The notes: generated by a model from the sequence alone, not told the origin. Counted from the first letter of the stretch, positions 31,847 to 40,447 are shown. The stretch is DNA of 41,990 nucleotides from a bacterium (GCA_041486265.1 JBGPLF010000002.1:1-41990), one strand, 5' to 3'. Translations and numbers: made by a program.

Positions 31847-33535
31847 ATGGCGGGAATATGGCAGGGGTTGATCAACCAACCCACATTCAACACAAGCACA
31901 ATGATTCTGCTCACAGATGGCAGAGTGATGGTCCAGGAAGAGGCGCAGAAGCACTGGCATGCTCTGACGCCTGACAGTAATGGAAGCTACGTCAATGGGA
32001 CATGGTCCACCCTGAAGGATATGAGCTTCTGGAGGCGTTATTATGCGTCGGGAGTGCTCAAGGACGGCCGCGTCATTATTATTGGGGGCGAGCAAAGTGG
32101 TGATGTCGGCGATACGAACAAAGGTGAAATCTATGATCCTGTTTCGGACACATGGAGCCCAATCCCTTCGCCTCCCGGTTGGCCAATCGTGGGCGATGCG
32201 GCCTCCTGCATTCTGCCCGACGGCCGGCTCATGATCGGAGCGCTACCTTCTCCTGCTTGTATCATCTACGATCCCGCTACCAACTCGTGGACACCCGCCG
32301 CCAACAAGGCCGTCAGGTCAAATGAAGAGACCTGGGTATTGTTGCCTGACAATACGATCGTGACCACGCAATGCTGGGATCCGTACCAAACCGAGAAGTA
32401 CATCATCTCCTCCAATACCTGGAAAAATGAAGGCTCATTACCGGTCAGGATCGTTGATCCCGTGATGCATGAAATGGGGCCGGGGATGTTGATGTACAAC
32501 GGCAAGGTCATCTTCTTCGGCTCAGCCAACGAGCACGGCCGGGGCAAGACCGTCATCTATACTCCGCCCGCGTTTCCTACGGGCACCGGCACGTGGGTAG
32601 CTGGACCGGACATCCCCGCGGTGGGCAAGCAAGCAATTGTGAGCAACGACTGTCCCGCCTCGTTGATGCCGAACGGTAAAACGCTATTCACGGGGGCAAA
32701 TTTCAAGAACAATGGCTGGGGATCACCGGTGCTCTTCTTCGAGTACGACCCCACCAGCAACACGATCGCGGAGGCGCCCACGCCGGCGAATAACGGGATG
32801 TTTCCTTACCCACAATACCCGGGGCTGTATTGGAGCCGGATGGTGCTCCTCCCGTCAGGGCAAGTGTTTTTCAGCGCCAGTTCGACGAACGTCCAGTGCT
32901 ACACACCCGATGGAGGTCCGCAAGAAGCCTGGCGGCCTACGATCTCTGCCGTGGTTCCGCACGGTTCTCCCGTCACGGATTACTACCTTTTGAAGGGCAC
33001 CCAACTGAACGGTCTGTCTCAAGCGAATATGTACGGCGACGACTGCTCTACGGCGACTAACTATCCTATCGTTCGGCTGCTGAACACGTTCACCAACAAA
33101 GTCTATTTCTGCCGGACATACAGTTTCAGCACGCTGGGCGTTGCTACCGGCGCGTCGTTGCAATCGGCCCGGTTCACCTTGCCGAACATTCCGTACGGCG
33201 ACTATGATTTGTGCGTCATCGCTAACGGCATCAGTTCTCATTGCGTCAGCTTCTGCCACCGCAAGCCGAGCAAGCTGTGCTGCCATGACACAAGGAAAGT
33301 GGATCCCTGCTGCTGTAACGAAGAACCCTGCTGCGACGATGTCCGGAGAAGCGATCCCGAAGTCACTGAGCTGCGAGATCAGTTGAAGCGATTGCAGAAC
33401 AGCATGGACAGGCTCACGGCTGTGGTCAAAGGTGAAGCAGGCGTCGCGCAGCCAAAGGAAACTAAGGACCAGGAAGAAAACAAAGAGCGGAAACTAAGGA
33501 CCAGGAAGAAAGCAAAGACGAGTAAGAAAGGCTAG
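31847..33535 (+). CDS. Kelch/galactose-oxidase-like beta-propeller protein with E-set-like domain, Cys-rich segment, coiled coil and Lys/Arg-rich tail; no signal peptide
   Basis: Repeated DGR[VL]-IGG ... YDP-x-x-x-[ST]W blades (IYDPVSDTWSP, IYDPATNSWTP, SSNTWKN, YDPTSNT). C-terminal CVSFCHRKPSKLCCHDTRKVDPCCCNEEPCCDD, then LRDQLKRLQNSMDRL. SD AGGGAGGA upstream. Sample lines are about 48-52% GC. Confidence 0.75.
   Translation: MAGIWQGLINQPTFNTSTMILLTDGRVMVQEEAQKHWHALTPDSNGSYVNGTWSTLKDMSFWRRYYASGVLKDGRVIIIGGEQSGDVGDTNKGEIYDPVSDTWSPIPSPPGWPIVGDAASCILPDGRLMIGALPSPACIIYDPATNSWTPAANKAVRSNEETWVLLPDNTIVTTQCWDPYQTEKYIISSNTWKNEGSLPVRIVDPVMHEMGPGMLMYNGKVIFFGSANEHGRGKTVIYTPPAFPTGTGTWVAGPDIPAVGKQAIVSNDCPASLMPNGKTLFTGANFKNNGWGSPVLFFEYDPTSNTIAEAPTPANNGMFPYPQYPGLYWSRMVLLPSGQVFFSASSTNVQCYTPDGGPQEAWRPTISAVVPHGSPVTDYYLLKGTQLNGLSQANMYGDDCSTATNYPIVRLLNTFTNKVYFCRTYSFSTLGVATGASLQSARFTLPNIPYGDYDLCVIANGISSHCVSFCHRKPSKLCCHDTRKVDPCCCNEEPCCDDVRRSDPEVTELRDQLKRLQNSMDRLTAVVKGEAGVAQPKETKDQEENKERKLRTRKKAKTSKKG
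33457..33520 (+). repeat. Tandem 32-bp duplication (29/32 identical) inside the 3' end of the kelch gene
   Basis: Unit 1 at 33457-33488 is GGAAACTAAGGACCAGGAAGAAAACAAAGAGC. Unit 2 at 33489-33520 is GGAAACTAAGGACCAGGAAGAAAGCAAAGACG. The period is not a multiple of 3. Confidence 0.9.
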
Positions 33536-33679
33536 AGAGCCAGGGCTAGAACGAGGGTGCCGAAGAGAAGTTCGAACCGAGCAGCGGCGGGTTCCTCCGC
33601 GCCGGCGAGCGCTCCAACCGCCGGTTCTGCCGGGGGGTTGGTCTCGGCACACAGAAACTGGATCATGGGAGGAAACAAC

Positions 33680-35338
33680 ATGCGGAAGAAGCGGACTGAC
33701 AGCGGACTCACGGTCAACGCGATCGCTGGCACGCACGTCGTGTTGTTGGGTCTCGACCTCGCGGACGCGCAGCGCCAGGGCTGTTTGGGCTTCGCCATCC
33801 AGCGGGAAGACCACACCGAGGACGAGCGCTATTGGATGAGCGGTACCAAGACTTTCAAGGAGACCGATCCCGGCCTCGGACCCGGCGGTCAGGTCTCGAG
33901 TCGCCAACATCCGTTCCAATCGTTCCAGTGGGCCGACTACAGCGCCAAGCCGGCGCACGACTACACCTACACGGTCATCCCGCTCTCCGGCAGTCCGACC
34001 GATCTCCACGAAGGGACCGTAGTTAGCGTTCGAGTGACGACGGAGACGGACCTCGGGAAACCGCACTCCGTATTTTTCAACCGCGGCGCCATTGCGTCGC
34101 AAGAGTACGCACGCCGGTTTGAAAACCAGGATCCCGACAAGGTCGGCGAAGCAGCCTATCGCTGGCTATCACGCGGCCTGCTCGAGGCGTTCGTGGCGTT
34201 CGTCGGCAGGGCGAACGACAGCCGCTTCGGCCTTTACGGCGCCGTGTATGAGTTCCAGTGGCCTCCCGCGTTGAAGGCCATCAAGGATGCCGCCGCGAAG
34301 GGCGCCCACGTGCGCGTCATCTACGACGGCATCCCCGGGGGGTCGGGTCCTCTCAAGAAGAACGAAGAGGCCATCGCCGCGGCGACGATCCAGCCGCTCT
34401 GCAAGCCGCGCACGACGGGCAAGATCATGCACAACAAGTTCTTCGTACTGACGAAGAACGACAACCCGATCGCCGTCTGGACCGGGTCCACCAACCTCAC
34501 TGAGAACGGGATCTTCGGTCACTCGAACTGCGGGCACATCATCGAGGACGCGGCTGTCGCAGCAGCCTACCTGGACTACTGGAAGGAACTGAAGGGCAAC
34601 CCGGACAGCAAGAACGAGCAGGCGTGGATGGCGCAGAATAACCCCAGTCCACCGGATCCCTGGACCGACGACCTGACGCATGTATTCTCCCCACGGGCGA
34701 GGCTCAAGGTGCTCGAGTGGTACGCCACGATCGCCGGCAGCGCGAAGAGAACGCTTTTCATGACTTTCGCCTTCGGCATGCACAAGGACTTTCAGAAGGT
34801 CTACGAGCAGAACGACGGCATTCTCCGGTTCGCCCTCATGGAGAAGGAGGGGAACGGTCCGGGGCTGGCGCAGGGCAAGAAGGACATCCGTCGCATTCGA
34901 GCGCTGCCGAACGTAGTCGTCGCAGTGGGCAACAACATCGTCATCAACAGCTTCGACCGGTGGCTCAAAGAGAGGCGGCAACTCACTGCAGAGGCGAACG
35001 TCCGATACATCCACACGAAGTACATGCTCGTGGACCCCCTGGGCAGCGCACCCATCGTCGTGACCGGCTCCGCGAACTTCAGCGAGGCGAGCACGAACGC
35101 GAACAACGAGAACATGGTCGTGATACGGAATGACCGGCGCGCCGCTGACATCTACATGGGCGAGTTCATGCGACTTCACTCCCACTATGCCTTCCGGGAA
35201 GCGGTCGCGATCGCGCAGGCACACGGTGACACGCAATGGCAACCGAATTATCTCGCGTCGAAGGACGTCTGGCAGGCCGACTATTTCAAGCCGGGGTACC
35301 AGCGTTTCCTCCGGCGTCGGTACTTCGCGGGACAGTGA
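33680..35338 (+). CDS. Phospholipase D superfamily protein with two HKD motifs and an N-terminal beta-sandwich-like domain
   Basis: HKD 1 is IMHNKFFVLTKNDNPIAVWTGSTNLTENG. HKD 2 is IHTKYMLVDPLGSAPIVVTGSANFSEAS. Start chosen at ATG 33680 (SD GGGAGG). In-frame alternatives lie at 33665 and 33557. Confidence 0.85.
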   Translation: MRKKRTDSGLTVNAIAGTHVVLLGLDLADAQRQGCLGFAIQREDHTEDERYWMSGTKTFKETDPGLGPGGQVSSRQHPFQSFQWADYSAKPAHDYTYTVIPLSGSPTDLHEGTVVSVRVTTETDLGKPHSVFFNRGAIASQEYARRFENQDPDKVGEAAYRWLSRGLLEAFVAFVGRANDSRFGLYGAVYEFQWPPALKAIKDAAAKGAHVRVIYDGIPGGSGPLKKNEEAIAAATIQPLCKPRTTGKIMHNKFFVLTKNDNPIAVWTGSTNLTENGIFGHSNCGHIIEDAAVAAAYLDYWKELKGNPDSKNEQAWMAQNNPSPPDPWTDDLTHVFSPRARLKVLEWYATIAGSAKRTLFMTFAFGMHKDFQKVYEQNDGILRFALMEKEGNGPGLAQGKKDIRRIRALPNVVVAVGNNIVINSFDRWLKERRQLTAEANVRYIHTKYMLVDPLGSAPIVVTGSANFSEASTNANNENMVVIRNDRRAADIYMGEFMRLHSHYAFREAVAIAQAHGDTQWQPNYLASKDVWQADYFKPGYQRFLRRRYFAGQ

Positions 35339-35377
35339 GACGCATCGAGGGCTCCGAGTGGGTGACTGATTCCGCCT

Positions 35378-37516
35378 TCACCAGAGCAACTTGTAAATGC
35401 CGTACGACCCCAGCACCCGCCTGACGTAAGCGCGCGTCTCGGAAAATCCAATCTTCTCGACGACGTAGTCGGGATCGGGGTCGAGGTTCACCCAACGCTG
35501 CGCGGCACCAGGGCCGGCGTTGTACGCGGCCAGCGTCAGACGCAGGTCACCGCCAAACCGGTCGAGCTGCAGCCGGAGGTAGCGGGCGCCCAGCCGCAGG
35601 TTCAGGGATGGATCTTTCAACCGCTGCACGCCGATGGACGCGTCGCCGGCCATCGCCTGCGCCGTGCCCGGCAGCATCTGCGCGAGCCCGACGGCCCGGG
35701 CCGGCGAGATGACCGACGCGTCATAGCGGCTCTCCTCGCGTACGACCGCCAGAAGGAACAATGGGTCGATGTTCGCGGCCTGTGCCGCGGCGGTCACCTC
35801 GGACCAGTAGACTCTTGGATACGCCACGCGCCACATCGTCTCGTCGCGCACGCCGGCGGCGAGCGCCTCTTCTGCGTCAGCGACAGACTGGCGGACGTCG
35901 CCGAGACGGTTGTAGGTCTCGGCCAGGAAGCGCACGATCTGAGGGTCGCGGCTCGCGGGCGCACTACCCTGCGCGCTGCCCCTGATGGCGAGCGCATCTT
36001 CCGCGGCCTCGGCCGCGTCGGCGTCCGAACCGAGCCGGGCCAGTTCCTGGTACGCCGGCGCCGCGGCCTCGCGGGGCAGAACGTTCAGAGGCGAGGGAGG
36101 GAGGGCTGGCGGAGGTGATCCGATCCGTGCCTGGGCCCGCTGCCCGTAGAACGTGAACGGATATCGCTCGGCGACCATCCGGATGAGGGCTGCGGCCTCA
36201 CCGCCCCCGGGGCGGCCGGTCCGCGCTTCGATCGTCTTGGCAACCCAATACCACGCCCGCGCCGCGTCGCTGCGCCAGACGGCCTCAGCGGCTGCCGCGC
36301 GAAAGCGCGCCTCCGCGTCTGCAAATCGCCCGGCGCGCAGCGCGATCCATCCCAGCCGCCAGCGCGCCTCGGCGCCATCATCGGTTGCCGGCGCAGCCGC
36401 AGCGGCGCGATGGTACGCGGAGGCGGCATCGGCGGACCGGCCGTCCGATTCCGCGCGCAGGCCGGCATCAAGCCAGAAGCGTCCCGTCCAGAAGCCGGCC
36501 GGCTCCACGCGCAGCAATGCCGCGGTCGCGTCCCGCGCCTGGGATGCGAGCCCGAGCCGCCGTGCCGTGGCGGCCGTCCAATACCAGGCGCCAGGGACGT
36601 TCCATCCGAGCCCCGCTGCCCTCCGGAACGCGTCGTAGGCGGCGCGCTGATCGGAAAACAGGTAAATCTCACCCAGCCGGTACCACGTCTCGCCCGCGAT
36701 CGGGCCCGTTCGCACCGCCGCCGTCACCGCGCGCAATTCTGTCGCGGCCTGATCCCAGACGCCCTGCTCCGAGAGACGCCTGGCCCGCTGCAGCCGTGAA
36801 GCTGCGTCGATGTCGCGGGCGCCCACCGGCCGGCCGAGTACCTTCGCGATCGCCTCGCGTGCGCGCACTTCAACGGGGTCTCCGGGGAACGCCCATGCGG
36901 CCCTCCCGTACGCCCTGCGGGCCAGCTCGGCGTGCCCGGCCGCCATGGCTGCGCCGCCCAGTTGCAGCCACACGGATGGATCGTCGGGTTGCAGGCCGGC
37001 CGCCTGCTGGAGGGCGGCTTCGGCCTGCGGGGAGTGTCCCATCTCGATCTCGGCGTCACCCAGCGCGATCAGCGCGCGCGCCCGCAGGCGCGCCGGCGCG
37101 GTTGCAGCCACGGTGCGCAGGAGCGCCGCCGCTTCGGAAGCGTTCCCCGAGTGCAGCAGTTCACTACCTTCCCCGGCCTGCGCGTAGAGCCGGAGCGTGG
37201 GGTGGGAGGCCGCGGCCCGGAACGCCGCGGCTGCATCGGCGTGCCGGCCTGTCCGGCTCAGGCACCAGCCGGTCAGATACGCGGCCCGCTTCGCTTCCAG
37301 ATCCGTGCCGTTGGAGAGCTGTTCGAGGACGGGGAGCGCGGCGGGACACCCACCCTGCTTGACCTGCCGGATCATGCTGTCGAGCGAAGGCTGTGCACGC
37401 GCGACGGGGCCGGGCACGGCGAGCACGAGCGACGCGCAGATGCAGGCCGCCAATGCTGGGATGCCCGATCTCACCGTCGCCCGGCGAGCCTCGGGCCCGG
37501 CCTGCGCGTCGTACAT
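35378..37516 (-). CDS. slt: Soluble lytic murein transglycosylase (Slt70-like: superhelical TPR-like N-domain plus SLT catalytic domain)
   Basis: Signal-peptide-like N-terminus. C-terminal VVREESRYDASVISPARAVGLAQMLPGTA ... LAAYNAGPGAAQRW (SLT/GEWL motifs). Confidence 0.85.
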   Translation of the reverse strand: MYDAQAGPEARRATVRSGIPALAACICASLVLAVPGPVARAQPSLDSMIRQVKQGGCPAALPVLEQLSNGTDLEAKRAAYLTGWCLSRTGRHADAAAAFRAAASHPTLRLYAQAGEGSELLHSGNASEAAALLRTVAATAPARLRARALIALGDAEIEMGHSPQAEAALQQAAGLQPDDPSVWLQLGGAAMAAGHAELARRAYGRAAWAFPGDPVEVRAREAIAKVLGRPVGARDIDAASRLQRARRLSEQGVWDQAATELRAVTAAVRTGPIAGETWYRLGEIYLFSDQRAAYDAFRRAAGLGWNVPGAWYWTAATARRLGLASQARDATAALLRVEPAGFWTGRFWLDAGLRAESDGRSADAASAYHRAAAAAPATDDGAEARWRLGWIALRAGRFADAEARFRAAAAEAVWRSDAARAWYWVAKTIEARTGRPGGGEAAALIRMVAERYPFTFYGQRAQARIGSPPPALPPSPLNVLPREAAAPAYQELARLGSDADAAEAAEDALAIRGSAQGSAPASRDPQIVRFLAETYNRLGDVRQSVADAEEALAAGVRDETMWRVAYPRVYWSEVTAAAQAANIDPLFLLAVVREESRYDASVISPARAVGLAQMLPGTAQAMAGDASIGVQRLKDPSLNLRLGARYLRLQLDRFGGDLRLTLAAYNAGPGAAQRWVNLDPDPDYVVEKIGFSETRAYVRRVLGSYGIYKLLW

Positions 37517-38328
37517 TACTCGCGCCCTGGTTTCACCGCCCGGACCGTGGCACTGAAGAGATCGACGCCCTCATAGTCGCGCCGGCTCAGGACCTCGACG
37601 GCGGCGAAGCCGGCCTGCTCCATCTTCGCGAGATATTCAGACTCGGGGATCGCGCCCGCCAGGCAGGCCGTCCAGCGGTCGGGCGTCTTGAACTCGTCCG
37701 GCAGCGGACGCGCACTGACGATGTCTGATACGATCAGACGGCCGCCCGGCCGGAGGATGCGGAAGGCCTCCGCGAACGCGGGCCGCTTATCCGGCAGCAG
37801 ATTGATCACGCAGTTGCTGATCACCACGTCGGCCATGCCGTCGGCAACCGGCAGGTGCTCGATCTCACCCAGGCGGAATTCAGCGTTCCTCGCGCCGAGC
37901 GATGCCGCATTCGCGCGGGCCTTCGCAATCATCTCCGGGGTCATGTCGACGCCGATCGCGTGACCTGTGGGTCCTACACGATCCCCGGCGAAGAAGACGT
38001 CGAGCCCGGCCCCGCTACCCAGGTCCACAACGGTCTCGCCCGGCTGCAGCGCCGCCGCCTCGATCGGCGCCCCACATCCGAGGGAGGCCCTGGCGATGGC
38101 CTGGGGAACCACGCGGCCGTCGTGAAACGTGATTGGTTGAGCCGCGCAGCACGAAGCCTCGACAGCCACTCCGGGCCGCGAAGCCGAAGCGGCTTCGGCC
38201 GCCGACTCACTCCCGGCATCTCCACAGCACCCCGTCCCCAACGTCGCCGCCCGCGCGTAACGCTCGCGCACGGCCGTTCGAATCGCCTGCTCGTCCATCA
38301 GTGTCGGGCTTTGCGTCTCATCGGCCAT
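37516..38328 (-). CDS. arsM: Arsenite S-adenosylmethionine methyltransferase
   Basis: ORF trimmed to MADETQSP (SD AAGGAGG 6 nt upstream). VRERYARAA...GCCG Cys pair, SAM motif VVDLGSGAGLDVF, DVVISNCVINL and a C-terminal WTACLAGA Cys. Confidence 0.85.
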   Translation of the reverse strand: MADETQSPTLMDEQAIRTAVRERYARAATLGTGCCGDAGSESAAEAASASRPGVAVEASCCAAQPITFHDGRVVPQAIARASLGCGAPIEAAALQPGETVVDLGSGAGLDVFFAGDRVGPTGHAIGVDMTPEMIAKARANAASLGARNAEFRLGEIEHLPVADGMADVVISNCVINLLPDKRPAFAEAFRILRPGGRLIVSDIVSARPLPDEFKTPDRWTACLAGAIPESEYLAKMEQAGFAAVEVLSRRDYEGVDLFSATVRAVKPGRE

Positions 38329-38378
38329 TCTGGTCCTCCTTGCCGCGTAGTGCCTCAACTGCAAGTCACGATCCATTG

Positions 38379-38386
38379 ACATAGTT
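38379..38386. repeat. Left copy of the 8-bp target-site duplication ACATAGTT
   Basis: Identical octamer at 40509-40516, immediately outside the two inverted repeats. Confidence 0.8.
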
Positions 38387-38505
38387 GGGAACTATCCCCT
38401 TGACGGACGTACGGCCTTCGGGTACCTTTTTGATGGCGGGGAGCGCAAGCCGTGACGCATCCCCTCCGCCTAACGTATGGTGAAGCCCTGCGGCGCATCA
38501 ATCGC

Positions 38506-39378
38506 CTACGGGAACTCGGGCTCAAACTGGATGATGATGGCGCGAACCGTCTGGCTAAGTTCTGTGAGTCTCCTCAAGACGGGTTCTCCATAGGCTGGCG
38601 GCCCTTCCTCGAACGCTACATCAAACGAGAGTTGGGGGTCCATCTCCACTTGCGGCAACGACGAAATGACCGATCCCCCTGGCCTGACACGCCCGATCTC
38701 TGCGCCGTCTTCGAATGGCCCAGGGGGACGTTGGCTAATGATTTCGAACTCCCTTATCCACCAGTCAGGCTTCTCGCTAGGAAACGGCCACTTGGAGTGC
38801 ACACCAGCGAGGCTCAAGAAGAAGTTGACGAGCGCTGGATGGCGATGCTTGTCACCGTTCCAAAGTTCATGCAGTACCGCAAGCGGTTCCCGTTCAGGGT
38901 CGTCTGGCCGTGTACAAAAAGGCTGCAACTCCTTGAAGCGTGCGTGAAGATGGGATTTGACCCCCCAGAGCATCTTCGCCGCACCCATAGGTTTGCTGTG
39001 CTTCCCGGCGTTGACTTTGGGGGCATATTTCTTGGGGCTAACGAAGATTGGGAACGCGATGTCTCTCCACGCACTCCTCACGGGGGGAAACTTAGGGATG
39101 CACACACTGAGGTTGATTTCGGTCAGTCCCCAGACCAAGTTGTCGAGTGCGGAACGGAGGTTGTGGGTCACGTCACCGATGATGACGCCAAGTTCGACGC
39201 TCGGTGGCTCCCGCCGAACATGGGCGCGGAGCACTATCTCTCCGGCATAATAATTCATATCGGCGCTAATTTCGTACGCGGGGGTATCAAGCCATTTCTG
39301 CGTCCGTTCGTGCAGGCATCTGATGTGTTCATCCGCCCTGTTGATCTTTTCAATGCAGCGCAAGAGGGGCGAACTCAT
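38506..39378 (-). CDS. Hypothetical protein (290 aa), passenger gene of the IS element
   Basis: Long ORF inside the IS boundaries, same orientation as the transposase, lower GC (about 58% in a sample line). No family recognized. Notable segment LAVLHELWNGDKHRHPALV. No clear SD. Confidence 0.55.
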   Translation of the reverse strand: MSSPLLRCIEKINRADEHIRCLHERTQKWLDTPAYEISADMNYYAGEIVLRAHVRREPPSVELGVIIGDVTHNLRSALDNLVWGLTEINLSVCIPKFPPVRSAWRDIAFPIFVSPKKYAPKVNAGKHSKPMGAAKMLWGVKSHLHARFKELQPFCTRPDDPEREPLAVLHELWNGDKHRHPALVNFFLSLAGVHSKWPFPSEKPDWWIREFEIISQRPPGPFEDGAEIGRVRPGGSVISSLPQVEMDPQLSFDVAFEEGPPAYGEPVLRRLTELSQTVRAIIIQFEPEFP

Positions 39379-39399
39379 GAGTAGTAGAATGGAGACACT

Positions 39400-39564
39400 A
39401 TGGCGACCAAGAAGCGCAAGCGGTCACTTGTCCGAGAAGGCGAGCCCACGCAGAAGACGCGCAAGGGACTGGAGATTCCAGTCCCCACGCGCCAAGAGGT
39501 TGACCAGTTTTTCAACAAGGTCGTTCGGAAGGCGCCTTCTCCACGCGGGACAGCATCACATTGA
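39400..39564 (+). CDS. Possible small basic protein (54 aa) inside the IS, divergent from the passenger gene
   Basis: ATG 39400 with GGAG 5 nt upstream. Translation MATKKRKRSLVREGEPTQKTRKGLEIPVPTRQEVDQFFNKVVRKAPSPRGTASH. The 3' end overlaps the transposase 3' end convergently. Below the ORF-track cutoff. Confidence 0.25.
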   Translation: MATKKRKRSLVREGEPTQKTRKGLEIPVPTRQEVDQFFNKVVRKAPSPRGTASH

Positions 39565-40447
39565 AGATCCCGCGAGGGTCTTTCCGGTTGTTGTAACGGA
39601 ACGAGTACTCATCCAGGTAGGACTGCAGGTGCTTGGCGGAGACGCCGTGATAGACTCCGCGCAGGCCATGCTTCAGGAGCGCCCAGAACCCGTCAATCGT
39701 GTTCGTGTGCACGTCCCCACTGACGTAGACTTTCGCGGCGTGGTGTACGCGCTTGTGATCGTACCCGGCCTTCTTCAGGTGCGCGTAGGCCGGGAGTTCA
39801 TCGGTGTAGACGGTCGAGGCAGGCAGGATGTACTGCCGGACCAGCGGTACCAGCCTTCTCGCGGTTCCATCGGACAGATGGACGGCGCGCACCTTCCCTC
39901 CGCGTTGCGCGTGACCGGCCACCACTTGCTTATACTGGCTCCAATTGCGGGCCGCCTCTTGTCGGGTGCCGAAGCGCCGTCGTCCGCCGATGTAGGTTTC
40001 GTCCACTTCGACGGTCCCCGAAAGTTTGCCGGGGTCTTCGGACGCCAGCGACCGAATCTTATTGAACATCCGCCATGCGGTCTTGTAGGTGACGCCGAGT
40101 TCGCGCTCCAGTTGCTTGGCGGAGATACCGCATCGAGTGCTCGCCATGAGGTACATCGCGTAGAACCAGAGTTTGAGGGACGTGGCGGAATCCTGAAAGA
40201 TCGTCCCCACCATCGGGTGCTCGTGGTGCCCGCAGAACTCGCAGGAATAGGACGGGCGCGACGTGTTCCTGTAGTGCTTCGTGACCTTCTGACACTTCGG
40301 GCAGTGAATCCCGGTCGGGTAGAGCGTCCGAACAAGGTAGTCCAGGCAGGCCGCATCGTTGGGGAAGTCCCGCTCAAACTCCATCAGCGAGGTCCGGGAC
40401 TCGGAGGACTTCGACCGCTTCGGTTCGTTCCTGTTGGCCTTCGACAC
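39512..40447 (-). CDS. IS1595 family transposase (N-terminal zinc ribbon plus ISXO2-like DDE domain)
   Basis: CPKCQKVTKHY...YSCEFCGHHEHPMVGTIFQDS...LKLWFYAMYLM...GISAKQLERELGVTYKTAWRMFNKIR...VEVDETYIGG is the canonical IS1595 transposase pattern. Confidence 0.9.
   Translation of the reverse strand: MSKANRNEPKRSKSSESRTSLMEFERDFPNDAACLDYLVRTLYPTGIHCPKCQKVTKHYRNTSRPSYSCEFCGHHEHPMVGTIFQDSATSLKLWFYAMYLMASTRCGISAKQLERELGVTYKTAWRMFNKIRSLASEDPGKLSGTVEVDETYIGGRRRFGTRQEAARNWSQYKQVVAGHAQRGGKVRAVHLSDGTARRLVPLVRQYILPASTVYTDELPAYAHLKKAGYDHKRVHHAAKVYVSGDVHTNTIDGFWALLKHGLRGVYHGVSAKHLQSYLDEYSFRYNNRKDPRGIFNVMLSRVEKAPSERPC

Noticed and set aside
33570-33578. GTTCGAACC, a T-loop-like motif suggesting a tRNA near the kelch/PLD junction
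   Set aside because: I could not fold any flanking acceptor, D or anticodon arms. Isolated motif only.
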